This document shows, piece by piece, positions 38,776 to 47,641 of a stretch of DNA of 64,000 nt (position 1 is the stretch's first letter; each line of letters begins with the position of its first letter). Both the position numbers and the translations under genes were made by a program. The notes below the pieces were generated by a model. The model ran no database searches and was not told the DNA's origin. It was given only the letters and a program-made list of their open reading frames with translations. Source of the stretch: a virus; the IMG/VR virus record IMGVR_UViG_3300010400_000002, positions 1 through 64,000 of that record, one strand, 5' to 3'.

Positions 38776-41562
38776 ATGGTTCCTGCAACTGCGAGCTATA
38801 TTAGTAGTGGTGCTTTCGGAAAAACGACTGACGTTTTTGATGCGCTCAATGCAAGAATTCATGATCCATTCCGTCGTGAATTTCTCCAACTTGATTTACA
38901 ACTTACAGGCAACGTCACAACCTTCGTAGCGGGAACAGCCGTTGACTACACTTCCGGTTATGATGTGATTGTAAATATCGGCGGTGATAATTATTCCATC
39001 GGTGATCCTGTCGATGCGAATGACCTCGAAGCGCGATTAAATAATTTGGATATTGGTCAATGGTACTTTGATGCTGACGACAATCTTGCTATCAGAAGCC
39101 TGCACAATATCGGTGACATTACACAGAATGGAAATACCATTTTCTCTACGAGTAGTGTTGTGGATAATATTGATGAACCGGAGATAACGGATGCAATTCG
39201 TGAACTTGCATTACGAATTCACAAACTCTCTACTACGGTAGCTTTGCCGTGGACTGAAATTGGTTTTGGCAGCATTGACAACACAGCGATTGTTTCATCT
39301 CCGAAACTGACGTACAATGATCTGACTGATACCTTAACCATGACCGATGTGCATGGCATTGATTCATTGAAGATAGCACCAGGGATATTTTACCCATTTG
39401 CTAATAACGGTTGGGATGCGGGTATTACTCTCTATAAAAATACAAGTGGTGGGCAATTTGTTGCCGGTGCCACTGATTCTGATTCCACATTTGCTCTATG
39501 GCAGTCTTTCCATCTTTCGGATGACCTGACTACACAATATATTACAGAGGCGATGTTATGGTCTTGTGGCACTTATGATAGGGGAATTACAGGTAATGAA
39601 TTGGGTACTCATTTTAAGATTAATGATTACGACAGGATTTATATTAATGATACCTATGTCAGACTGTACAATGCTGACCCATCTTCCAGTGCTGCCTACG
39701 TCCAACGATTCTACGGAGCATACACAGCTGGAATACCACATTATGTAGGACTGCAGGCATCGAATTCAGTAGCGGCTGACAGCACATACATTTTACCGAC
39801 AAATTACCCGGGAGTAAGCGGTTACGTTCTATCTTCTACAACATTTGGTGTGATGAGTTGGATTGCTCCGGCAACTGGAAGCGTTACATCTGTTAGTGTA
39901 GCCACTGCCAACGGATTCGCCGGTTCATCAAGCGGAGGCGCAACACCGATACTTACTTTATCCACCACCATCACCGGCATCCTCAAAGGCAACGGAACAG
40001 CGATCAGTGCAGCGACCGATTTAGACATAACAGGAAAACTATTAACAGGGTATGTAAGTGGTGCAGGAACGGTAGCGGCAACAGATTCTATTTTACAAGG
40101 GATACAAAAATTAAATGGGAACACGGCGGCATTGGTGACAGGCGTAAGTTCTGTAAATGGAGGAACAGGCGCAGTAACAATTACCGTAACTGGTACAGCA
40201 AATAAAATAGATGTAAGTGGTGGAACTGGATTAACGCCAACGATAACCATATCACCAACCTATGTTGGACAAACAAGCATCACAACATTAGGAACGGTAA
40301 CAACCGGAACATGGAGTGCCACGACCATAGGTACCACAAAAGGAGGGACCGGATTAACGAGTTATACGACAGGCGATATTATTTATGCAAGCGCTTCTAA
40401 TACACTATCAAAATTGGCAGTTGGAACCACTGGTCAGGTGTTGACATTGGCGGCAGGGATTCCGTCATGGGCAACACCGACAACGGGGACGGTTACTTCT
40501 ATTGCTACGGCGGGATTAATTTCTGGAGGCACTATCAATACTACCGGAACGATTACTACCGCGATTGCCACTAACAAACTTGTTGGCAGGGCAACGGCAG
40601 GAACAGGAGTGTTTGAAGCGATCACTTTAGGGACGGGGCTTTCTTTTTCGGGAACTACGCTTAATGTCACCTTTCCGGCTGATTATATTTCATCAATAGC
40701 AGATACGGCTACGATAGATTTAAGTGTAAGTGGTGGAGGACAGTTGACAGCATCATTCGTTTCATTGGATATATCGCAGTTTGCTAATGATGTTCCTTAT
40801 GCTAATCTTGCAGGAATTGATAAACAAATTATATTTAATGATGGTGGAAGCGCCTATAATGGCGATGCAGGATTACAATATAGCAAGACCGATACGCAGA
40901 TACTTTTAGCTAATGGAAGTGACAAGAATCCATCCTATGCTTTTGTGAGTGATGTAGGAAGCGGAATGTATAGTAATGGAGCTAATGGGATTGTATTGGC
41001 AACAAATGGTATAAATGCGTGGCAGATAGATAGTAGTCAAACTTTATTCCCCATGGGGGGTCAGTCATTGGGTTTGAATACTAACCCCATTAGTAAGGCA
41101 TATGTAGATTTAATAAATGCGGTAGGAAACGATGGGGTTACTGGAAGCGGAAATACAATTACAACAATCGGCGGAGTTGTAACAGGAATAAGCAATGCGG
41201 TCGTTGCAACAATAGTGGCAGACAATGACCTAACAGGACAAACAACCGCCGTAGCAAATATAACAACGTATACTCCAGGCGCTGATGGAACGTATAGAGT
41301 TGGAGGCTATCTTACTACGACTGCAATATCAGCAGGAACACTTAACTTCCAAGTTACTTATACTGATGAAACAAGTGTGACAAGAACCCAGACATTTGCA
41401 ATCATGGGAACGACTACCCAAAATATTACCACAACCGGAAGCTTTACCTTTCCTGACATACAGATAAGAGTAAAGAGCGGAAGCGCAATAACAGTTAAGA
41501 CTACATTTGTAGGAGTTTCGACTACTTACGACGTTGGAGCCACAATAGAATTTTTACGATAA
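38776..41562 (+). CDS. Tail fibre protein
   Basis: Gly/Thr/Ser-rich fibre repeats (GSVTSVSV, GGTGLTSYTTGDIIYAS, NKLVGRATAGTG); start likely the ATG at 38776. Confidence 0.85.
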   Translation: MVPATASYISSGAFGKTTDVFDALNARIHDPFRREFLQLDLQLTGNVTTFVAGTAVDYTSGYDVIVNIGGDNYSIGDPVDANDLEARLNNLDIGQWYFDADDNLAIRSLHNIGDITQNGNTIFSTSSVVDNIDEPEITDAIRELALRIHKLSTTVALPWTEIGFGSIDNTAIVSSPKLTYNDLTDTLTMTDVHGIDSLKIAPGIFYPFANNGWDAGITLYKNTSGGQFVAGATDSDSTFALWQSFHLSDDLTTQYITEAMLWSCGTYDRGITGNELGTHFKINDYDRIYINDTYVRLYNADPSSSAAYVQRFYGAYTAGIPHYVGLQASNSVAADSTYILPTNYPGVSGYVLSSTTFGVMSWIAPATGSVTSVSVATANGFAGSSSGGATPILTLSTTITGILKGNGTAISAATDLDITGKLLTGYVSGAGTVAATDSILQGIQKLNGNTAALVTGVSSVNGGTGAVTITVTGTANKIDVSGGTGLTPTITISPTYVGQTSITTLGTVTTGTWSATTIGTTKGGTGLTSYTTGDIIYASASNTLSKLAVGTTGQVLTLAAGIPSWATPTTGTVTSIATAGLISGGTINTTGTITTAIATNKLVGRATAGTGVFEAITLGTGLSFSGTTLNVTFPADYISSIADTATIDLSVSGGGQLTASFVSLDISQFANDVPYANLAGIDKQIIFNDGGSAYNGDAGLQYSKTDTQILLANGSDKNPSYAFVSDVGSGMYSNGANGIVLATNGINAWQIDSSQTLFPMGGQSLGLNTNPISKAYVDLINAVGNDGVTGSGNTITTIGGVVTGISNAVVATIVADNDLTGQTTAVANITTYTPGADGTYRVGGYLTTTAISAGTLNFQVTYTDETSVTRTQTFAIMGTTTQNITTTGSFTFPDIQIRVKSGSAITVKTTFVGVSTTYDVGATIEFLR

Positions 41563-41671
41563 AAGAAATCATAACCCACATTTGTGAACTCTCATTGTTC
41601 ACAATTTCAGGTAATGATGTTGTGACAACATAAAATAGCAGAGTAATTTTCACCAATTAAAAACCATAAAC

Positions 41672-41905
41672 ATGAAAATCGAAATCGTAGAAGGGCAAGA
41701 CACCAAGAAAATTGCACCTCACAATCTGAAAGTGAGTGTGACACGCACCAAAGAAGTCGCCGAAGAATTATCGTTATCACAGATTGATGATCGGATTAAA
41801 GGTGAAGAGGGTGCAATTAAGAACTATGAAAATGAGATCATCAAGCACCAAGCATTGATTGAGGAATACAAGGCATTGAAAGAAGAAATTGAAAAGGCGC
41901 TGTAA
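41672..41905 (+). CDS. Hypothetical coiled-coil protein
   Basis: 77-aa ORF. Confidence 0.55.
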   Translation: MKIEIVEGQDTKKIAPHNLKVSVTRTKEVAEELSLSQIDDRIKGEEGAIKNYENEIIKHQALIEEYKALKEEIEKAL

Positions 41906-41906
41906 G

Positions 41907-42452
41907 ATGGCAAAGAAAACAATCAAGCAGGCTATTGACTTCATAGAAATGAGCAATCAGTACTCGAAAGTGCTGACGAATATTTCTGAGAAGAAACGAC
42001 TGCAGGAACGCTCTGACGCTATCAAAAATAAATGGCCATATTCACACAGTGAGCAAAAGCAACTTGCCGCACGTAACAAATTGGAGTATGCAGCGAATAA
42101 GGTCAAGAGCCAACTGAGCAAGAAACTGAATCCTTACAATGAGACGGTGGAGGATATTAACAATGAATTTGCATTGACAGGGGAAGATAAAGCGTACGTC
42201 CTCGACGCCAACGGAAATAAGAAATACACTCCTGAGAATGAGAAGAAGCGCCTTGACAAAATCCGTGAACTGCAAAAGGGAGAGATTGAGTTTGAGCCGC
42301 ACATGGCTACGCAAGTTCCTGATGATCTCAATGAAGTTATCGTAGATGCGTTCAGGGGATTTGTGCTACCGGAAGATTTCGAATTGAAAGAACCAGAAGG
42401 TGAAGCTGTAAGTAGCAATGGAGTAGAAAAACTTGAACCAACAGAATCATGA
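41907..42452 (+). CDS. Hypothetical protein (possible fibre chaperone)
   Basis: Charged helical protein after the fibre gene; start MAKKTI. Confidence 0.5.
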   Translation: MAKKTIKQAIDFIEMSNQYSKVLTNISEKKRLQERSDAIKNKWPYSHSEQKQLAARNKLEYAANKVKSQLSKKLNPYNETVEDINNEFALTGEDKAYVLDANGNKKYTPENEKKRLDKIRELQKGEIEFEPHMATQVPDDLNEVIVDAFRGFVLPEDFELKEPEGEAVSSNGVEKLEPTES

Positions 42453-43024
42453 CAAAATATTTCGGAAAAATCCTAATGCTCCTCACCGCCCTACTTGGTG
42501 CGATGCTCATTGGCGTATTAACATCAGATGCCCAAACGTACAGTTCAAGCAATATCCTGCATGCTCTTTTTCTTAAACAGGATTCAAAGACATGGCTGCA
42601 ACATTCATGGGTGTACGTGTTGCATGATAACTACAACACCGACACGGTGACGTATTGGAGTGATAAGCAGACATTGATACGTCAGATGAAGCACATGGAT
42701 ACGACGATCAATTGGTATGATAGTTCTGCAAAAAAATACTATAAGCCATTGTACATACACGACAAGGGTTATCTTAATGACAGCACCTTTAAAGGACCGG
42801 GAATACAATATCGAGTAGGAGAGATTGCAATTAACCCGTGGCAGTTGAAAGATATTTCAGATGCAGCTATTGATAAGGCTACACAGACGGTAGTGCGGTG
42901 GTTTAGTCAGAATTATTACCCTTATGATGCAAAACACTATTGGGTTAATCCCGCTAAGTCGGGAGCATACCTGAAGATAATTTACCCTAACATTGTTAAT
43001 GGAAAGTTTTATGGAAGCAAATGA
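42449..43024 (+). CDS. Secreted/periplasmic protein
   Basis: N-terminal signal peptide ending ...TSDA-Q. Confidence 0.6.
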   Translation: MTKYFGKILMLLTALLGAMLIGVLTSDAQTYSSSNILHALFLKQDSKTWLQHSWVYVLHDNYNTDTVTYWSDKQTLIRQMKHMDTTINWYDSSAKKYYKPLYIHDKGYLNDSTFKGPGIQYRVGEIAINPWQLKDISDAAIDKATQTVVRWFSQNYYPYDAKHYWVNPAKSGAYLKIIYPNIVNGKFYGSK

Positions 43025-43463
43025 ATTGAGAATTAAAAATCTTGTCAATTACGACGAGGATAATACCGTATTTGAAGTAATCGAAATAAGCGAAAGTGGA
43101 ATAAAAGTTAAAGATAGTGAAGAAGAAACTTGGATTGAATTAGATCAATTTTCAGGAATTCCACTCACTGAAGAATGGCTATTGAAGTTTGGATTTAAAA
43201 AGCAAGATGATGGTTGGTTTTATCCTAATAATAATTTCAGAAATCAACTTAGGATTTGCTTACCAGATGGCGGTGAATGGTGGAATTATTCATTAGGATA
43301 TAATGATTTTCCAAAACGAAAAGAAGATGAACAGCCTGTACAGGAATGGTTGGTAATTAAATTATTCAAACACGTTCACCAACTTCAAAATTTATATTAC
43401 GCATTAACAGGTGAAGAATTAACCATAAAAGAATTAGCAACTTCAAATAAGTACCTCAAATAG
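43010..43463 (+). CDS. Bacteroidota-phage conserved hypothetical protein (paralog of 7230-7682)
   Basis: MEANELRIKN...IPLTEEWLLKFGF...VHQLQNLYYALTGEEL; start coordinate approximate. Confidence 0.7.
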
Positions 43464-43488
43464 TTATCACTTAAAACAATACTTTCTT

Positions 43489-44889
43489 ATGAAGCCAATG
43501 ATGAAAATTTATACCAACCCCGCCAAGTTCTCCGGCAAACCGAAGCCCATAAAAATGAAGTATGGCGTTTCTATGCTCCCACAGAATGGCGGCAATGGAC
43601 CTGCTCCGTATCTCGACACCCCGTGGATGGATAAGATGAAAGAACTTTACAACCTTTCATACATAAGCGGCGCGGCAGGCAGTATTGTTATCTATACCAA
43701 TTACATCTCTCCTCCCGGCGTAAGCATAGGATTCAATGGCAATCACCAAGATTGTATTGACAGGCATGTTGACTTTAACACCGTTGTCTCTGGAAGATTG
43801 GCAAAGCCATTTTCTTACGGCTGCTTCGAGAGTGACATTCAGGTAGCGGGGCAATTAGGGAAAGCATACTTGCCGGGAATAAATTGCAGCACACCCATTC
43901 TTGATGGTCGCCGTACCACGCCACCGGCACCATACAACTTCAACCGCTTGCACAGCCAAGTAGATTACATCCTGAGTTTAGCAGCTACAAAAGGAGTAAA
44001 GATTATCGGGATAAAGTGGAATGAAGAATCACAGGGAAAGGGTAATGCTGACGTGTTCCCCACTATTCAGTCACTCGTAGATGTAACGGCAGAAGGCGCT
44101 CGTTATGTTCATGGAAAGAATTCTTCCATCATTAACATCACCGATGCACAAATCACTGATGATCCGAATTGCAGATTCATAAACATGAATGCAACGATGG
44201 GCACTATTCCGTTTGCAAGCTGTCACCGAAACTATTTTCAGGTGCAGAAGCAGATGAATGACTGGACGGATATCATCACCCGCGTAAGAGAATTCCATTC
44301 TGTTACTGATAAGTTCCGTCAACAATTCCCCGGTGGTCAGGAAGAACTTGCACAGCAACAATTTGGAGACATTGATGGCATGGATGTCAGTTTAAATATC
44401 TATTCCGGCAAAGTGGGGCAGGGAATTGTGATGAGCAGTATTCTCCTTCGCGCTATTATGGAAACGGCAACAGATGATGTGATTGCTTTCTTCACACATT
44501 CACAGTCTAATGGACTCATGAGCGGCACCGGAAGAAACTTTTCTGTGAAGCCTTGTTTCTATATGATCAAAGCATTACAGGGCGCATTGGTGAATGACGG
44601 ACTGATTGATGTGCAATTACAGAGTATTGAAGGCGCAGAAAATCTTGTGTATGCAGGAGTGCAACGCGGTTCTGTTTCTGAAATCTATTTTGTGAATGAA
44701 GGCAAGCCGGGAGTTGACCGCGATATAGTGATACCCACTGTTCAGGTGAATGATCACCACAAATCCGTCGCAGTAGTTGATGGGTGGGGTGGAGATTTAG
44801 CAAGCGATACAGCAACACAATACACACAGCCTACTGGTGATTCTATTACTATCAAGGCGGGATATTGCATAAAGGTTGTGACTCAATAA
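43489..44889 (+). CDS. Putative glycoside hydrolase (GH-A clan-like barrel plus beta-sandwich)
   Basis: IIGIKWNEES, IYFVN, SITIKAG C-terminus; architecture parallels the C-terminal part of 36600-38309. Confidence 0.45.
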   Translation: MKPMMKIYTNPAKFSGKPKPIKMKYGVSMLPQNGGNGPAPYLDTPWMDKMKELYNLSYISGAAGSIVIYTNYISPPGVSIGFNGNHQDCIDRHVDFNTVVSGRLAKPFSYGCFESDIQVAGQLGKAYLPGINCSTPILDGRRTTPPAPYNFNRLHSQVDYILSLAATKGVKIIGIKWNEESQGKGNADVFPTIQSLVDVTAEGARYVHGKNSSIINITDAQITDDPNCRFINMNATMGTIPFASCHRNYFQVQKQMNDWTDIITRVREFHSVTDKFRQQFPGGQEELAQQQFGDIDGMDVSLNIYSGKVGQGIVMSSILLRAIMETATDDVIAFFTHSQSNGLMSGTGRNFSVKPCFYMIKALQGALVNDGLIDVQLQSIEGAENLVYAGVQRGSVSEIYFVNEGKPGVDRDIVIPTVQVNDHHKSVAVVDGWGGDLASDTATQYTQPTGDSITIKAGYCIKVVTQ

Positions 44890-44928
44890 TTTGTTACTTC
44901 AATAAGTTTCACTTTCAAACTAAACGCT

Positions 44929-45192
44929 ATGACTACCCTCAACAGAATAGAAAGCGACCGATGGAAAATGTATATCCAGCAGGTTAACGAAACCGGAGAT
45001 CACGGTGACTTCTGGGAAATGATGTTGAATAGCTCAAGCATTTCAGCACCATTATATAACTCATGGAGATCGGAGTTTCTAACGTGGAAAGGGATCTACG
45101 ATGATGACAGAAAATTGTACATCACCAAACCTGATGATACCACATACAAGGAAGATGGTATCTCCAATTTTCCGGTACCACCTTCAAAATAA
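44929..45192 (+). CDS. Hypothetical protein
   Basis: 87-aa ORF. Confidence 0.55.
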   Translation: MTTLNRIESDRWKMYIQQVNETGDHGDFWEMMLNSSSISAPLYNSWRSEFLTWKGIYDDDRKLYITKPDDTTYKEDGISNFPVPPSK

Positions 45193-45197
45193 TCCTG

Positions 45198-45578
45198 ATG
45201 CTTATAACAGACATTGCCCATGAGATAGTATTTCAGTGGAATACCCACATCAAAAAATCGGTGTTGCTTATGACTCCACTAAGTGCTACAACATTTTTGG
45301 TGACACTAATTGTAGGGCAAGTTCTCTCTGTCAATGATGCTTTTCCTAATTGGCTTGTAGGAATACTAACCGCAACCATTACTGTTCTTCTTTCTATTAT
45401 TGCCTTTGTCGCTGTACAGGTTTATCTCATTGTGAAAAAAGAGATCAGCAGTAATAATGTCAGAATGGATAAGCTTCTTGAAGTGCAAATAAAACATGGC
45501 AATGAGCTAATTCGATTGAGTACTGAAGTAGAAAACTTAAAAGAGGATGAGCAACCAAAGAAAAAAAGACTGGGATGA
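45198..45578 (+). CDS. Membrane protein, holin-like
   Basis: Two hydrophobic helices, then a coiled coil and basic tail. Confidence 0.5.
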   Translation: MLITDIAHEIVFQWNTHIKKSVLLMTPLSATTFLVTLIVGQVLSVNDAFPNWLVGILTATITVLLSIIAFVAVQVYLIVKKEISSNNVRMDKLLEVQIKHGNELIRLSTEVENLKEDEQPKKKRLG

Positions 45579-46042
45579 AAATTACTTACATCGTTGGAGT
45601 ATTTCTGCTCACATCACTACTTGAAATGTGGTGGCACATCAAAACATATCCTGCTACTCTCACTCCAATGGAACTGTATCAAGCGCGGGTTCATACATAC
45701 AATCTATCTATGAGTATGGCACAAGAGCTTCTTTACATTACTATGCTGATTTTTATTCCAGGGCTGTATGAAAAGACATTGGCAATTATCTGTATTGTGT
45801 TTCAAGGACTGAATGTTGCAGACTGGTATTTCGATTTCAATTGGAGAACAACAAACTATGACTTTGCGCTCTTCACTGTTTCAATTACGCTCATTATTTT
45901 GATGATGCGATTCAAAGTGTATGAACGAATAGACATCTTCACTCATAATATTTTGCATATACTCTTCAGGAATGGAACGATACAAATTGCGGGGAGGGTG
46001 ATTAACATTGAGCGAAAGAAGAAAAATAAATCATCATTGTAA
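45575..46042 (+). CDS. Multi-pass membrane protein
   Basis: About four hydrophobic segments and a basic C-terminus. Confidence 0.6.
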   Translation: MKITYIVGVFLLTSLLEMWWHIKTYPATLTPMELYQARVHTYNLSMSMAQELLYITMLIFIPGLYEKTLAIICIVFQGLNVADWYFDFNWRTTNYDFALFTVSITLIILMMRFKVYERIDIFTHNILHILFRNGTIQIAGRVINIERKKKNKSSL

Positions 46043-46051
46043 ACAACCAGT

Positions 46052-46453
46052 ATGGAGGAAGATCACTTAGAAGCAGCCGCGGCAGAAGAGAAATTTTCAT
46101 TCGATCTTCTTTTGGCAGTGTTTCAGAAGTTGCCGGATGCGATAGTTATCCTTAATGAGGACAGAAAGATATTCAGGGTAAACCCACAGGCAGAGCTATT
46201 GTTTGGGTATAATGAAATAGAATTAAAAAATAAACCCATTGAAATTCTTGTACCGGACTCACTGAAAGAACGCCACACTACGCATACTCAAACCTATGTA
46301 GATTCACCCTCATTACGTGCGATGGGAAGCGGTATTGAGTTGAAGGCAAAGAGAAAAAACGGAACAGAAATTCCTGTTGAAATAAATCTTAGTCCTGTGT
46401 CTACGGTTCGTGGTTTGTATGTGATTGCTGTAATCAGAAGAAAAGTAAAATAA
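46052..46453 (+). CDS. Stand-alone PAS domain (S-box) protein, FixL-like
   Basis: LPDAIVILNEDRKIFRVNPQAELLFGY...EILVP...RH...RAMGSGIELKAKRKNGTEIPVEINLSP. Confidence 0.9.
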   Translation: MEEDHLEAAAAEEKFSFDLLLAVFQKLPDAIVILNEDRKIFRVNPQAELLFGYNEIELKNKPIEILVPDSLKERHTTHTQTYVDSPSLRAMGSGIELKAKRKNGTEIPVEINLSPVSTVRGLYVIAVIRRKVK

Positions 46454-46462
46454 GTTTCTTGC

Positions 46463-46804
46463 ATGATAAGTTCCGTTTGGATTGGAATTACGGCAATAGC
46501 ACTTGGCTTGATAGGTGGTTATATCTCTTTGCGAGAACGATTAGTGAGATTGGAAGTGAAGATTGATGTATTCTGGCGTGACGTAAGTTATAGTTCTGCA
46601 AAACTTCTCCACAAACCGCACCCTGACAGTGCACGTATGGATTACCTCATAGATAAATACCTTGATGACAAACTGAATCAATCGGAGATAGTAGAATTCA
46701 TTGGCAAACTAAAGGAACTTTTTGAAAACAAAGACGCAGAAACAGCAGAAAGACAATCGGCAGCGATACTTCTTGCGGCACTGAGGCAGCGATACAAAGT
46801 GTAA
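46463..46804 (+). CDS. Membrane-anchored protein
   Basis: N-terminal TM helix followed by LRERLVRLEVKID coiled coil. Confidence 0.6.
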   Translation: MISSVWIGITAIALGLIGGYISLRERLVRLEVKIDVFWRDVSYSSAKLLHKPHPDSARMDYLIDKYLDDKLNQSEIVEFIGKLKELFENKDAETAERQSAAILLAALRQRYKV

Positions 46805-46833
46805 ATTTGATTACTAACTTTAAAACCAAAACT

Positions 46834-47079
46834 ATGAAACTACTTTCAATCTTACTCGCAATCTTCGCTGCACCATTCATGCAGGTAATCGGATTCTTCA
46901 TCGTCATCTGTATTGTTGCATGGGCATTATGGTGGCTGCTTACCACGGTAATCATTCCTCCGGCTCCGGCACCGCCGCGACCATTTAAGAACCTGGGCTA
47001 CATCATCTATGTGATCGTGGTGGCACTTATGTTTATTTGGTGGGTCAGTTTCGCCTTCGGGTTGGGGATATTTAATTAG
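46834..47079 (+). CDS. Small membrane protein
   Basis: Two to three TM helices around a Pro-rich linker; start approximate. Confidence 0.6.
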   Translation: MKLLSILLAIFAAPFMQVIGFFIVICIVAWALWWLLTTVIIPPAPAPPRPFKNLGYIIYVIVVALMFIWWVSFAFGLGIFN

Positions 47080-47115
47080 TGGTGGCAAATTTTTTAATCC
47101 TACATTTACAATCTC

Positions 47116-47487
47116 ATGGAGAAAGAAAACATCATCATTCACGTTCACAATGAAGGAATCATTGAGATAGGAATGATGTTGCAGAAGATTCTCCACTCAC
47201 AAGAAATTATTCTTCAAACTCTAAAACAAATTCAAATGACAAACGAAGAACTCAAAAAAGGACTCGATGATGTAAAAGCTACTCTCGACAGTATCGGTAC
47301 AGAGGTTGACAAAGTTGCAACCGAAACCAACACATTGAATTCAAAGATCGCTGATCTCGAAACTCAAATCGGGAATCTCGGTACTGTACCACAAGAATTA
47401 CAGGATGCTTTCAATGCGGTAAAAGATCAAGCCGGTGTTGTTGCATCTAAGGTTCAGGCGGTGGATGCTCTTGTGCCTGACGCGTAA
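47116..47487 (+). CDS. Coiled-coil protein
   Basis: Heptad-rich; last gene of the + strand block. Confidence 0.6.
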   Translation: MEKENIIIHVHNEGIIEIGMMLQKILHSQEIILQTLKQIQMTNEELKKGLDDVKATLDSIGTEVDKVATETNTLNSKIADLETQIGNLGTVPQELQDAFNAVKDQAGVVASKVQAVDALVPDA

Positions 47488-47514
47488 AGATTGTGTGTGT
47501 ATGTGTTTAGGAGA

Positions 47515-47546
47515 GCGGGGTGGCAAATCAGCACCCCGTTTTTTAT
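47515..47546 (+). terminator. Intrinsic terminator of the late (+) block
   Basis: CGGGGTG-loop-CACCCCG followed by TTTTTT. Confidence 0.85.
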
Positions 47547-47608
47547 TGAGGCAACTCAATCTGAAAGAGAAGTTTCTTTTGCTTCGGCGCAGTATCAATT
47601 CGGGGGGC

Positions 47609-47641
47609 AAAAAAAATGGATGATGTTTAGTCACCCATTTT
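47609..47641 (-). terminator. Intrinsic terminator ending the RAMP-array transcript
   Basis: On -: AAAAUGGGUGA-CUAAACA-UCAUCCA-U8; the G-U pair and U8 tract work only on the - strand. Confidence 0.8.

Noticed and set aside
38776-41562. Diversity-generating retroelement or invertible tail-fibre cassette
   Set aside because: No reverse transcriptase, recombinase or TR/VR pair was seen; the repeats are ordinary Gly/Thr fibre motifs.
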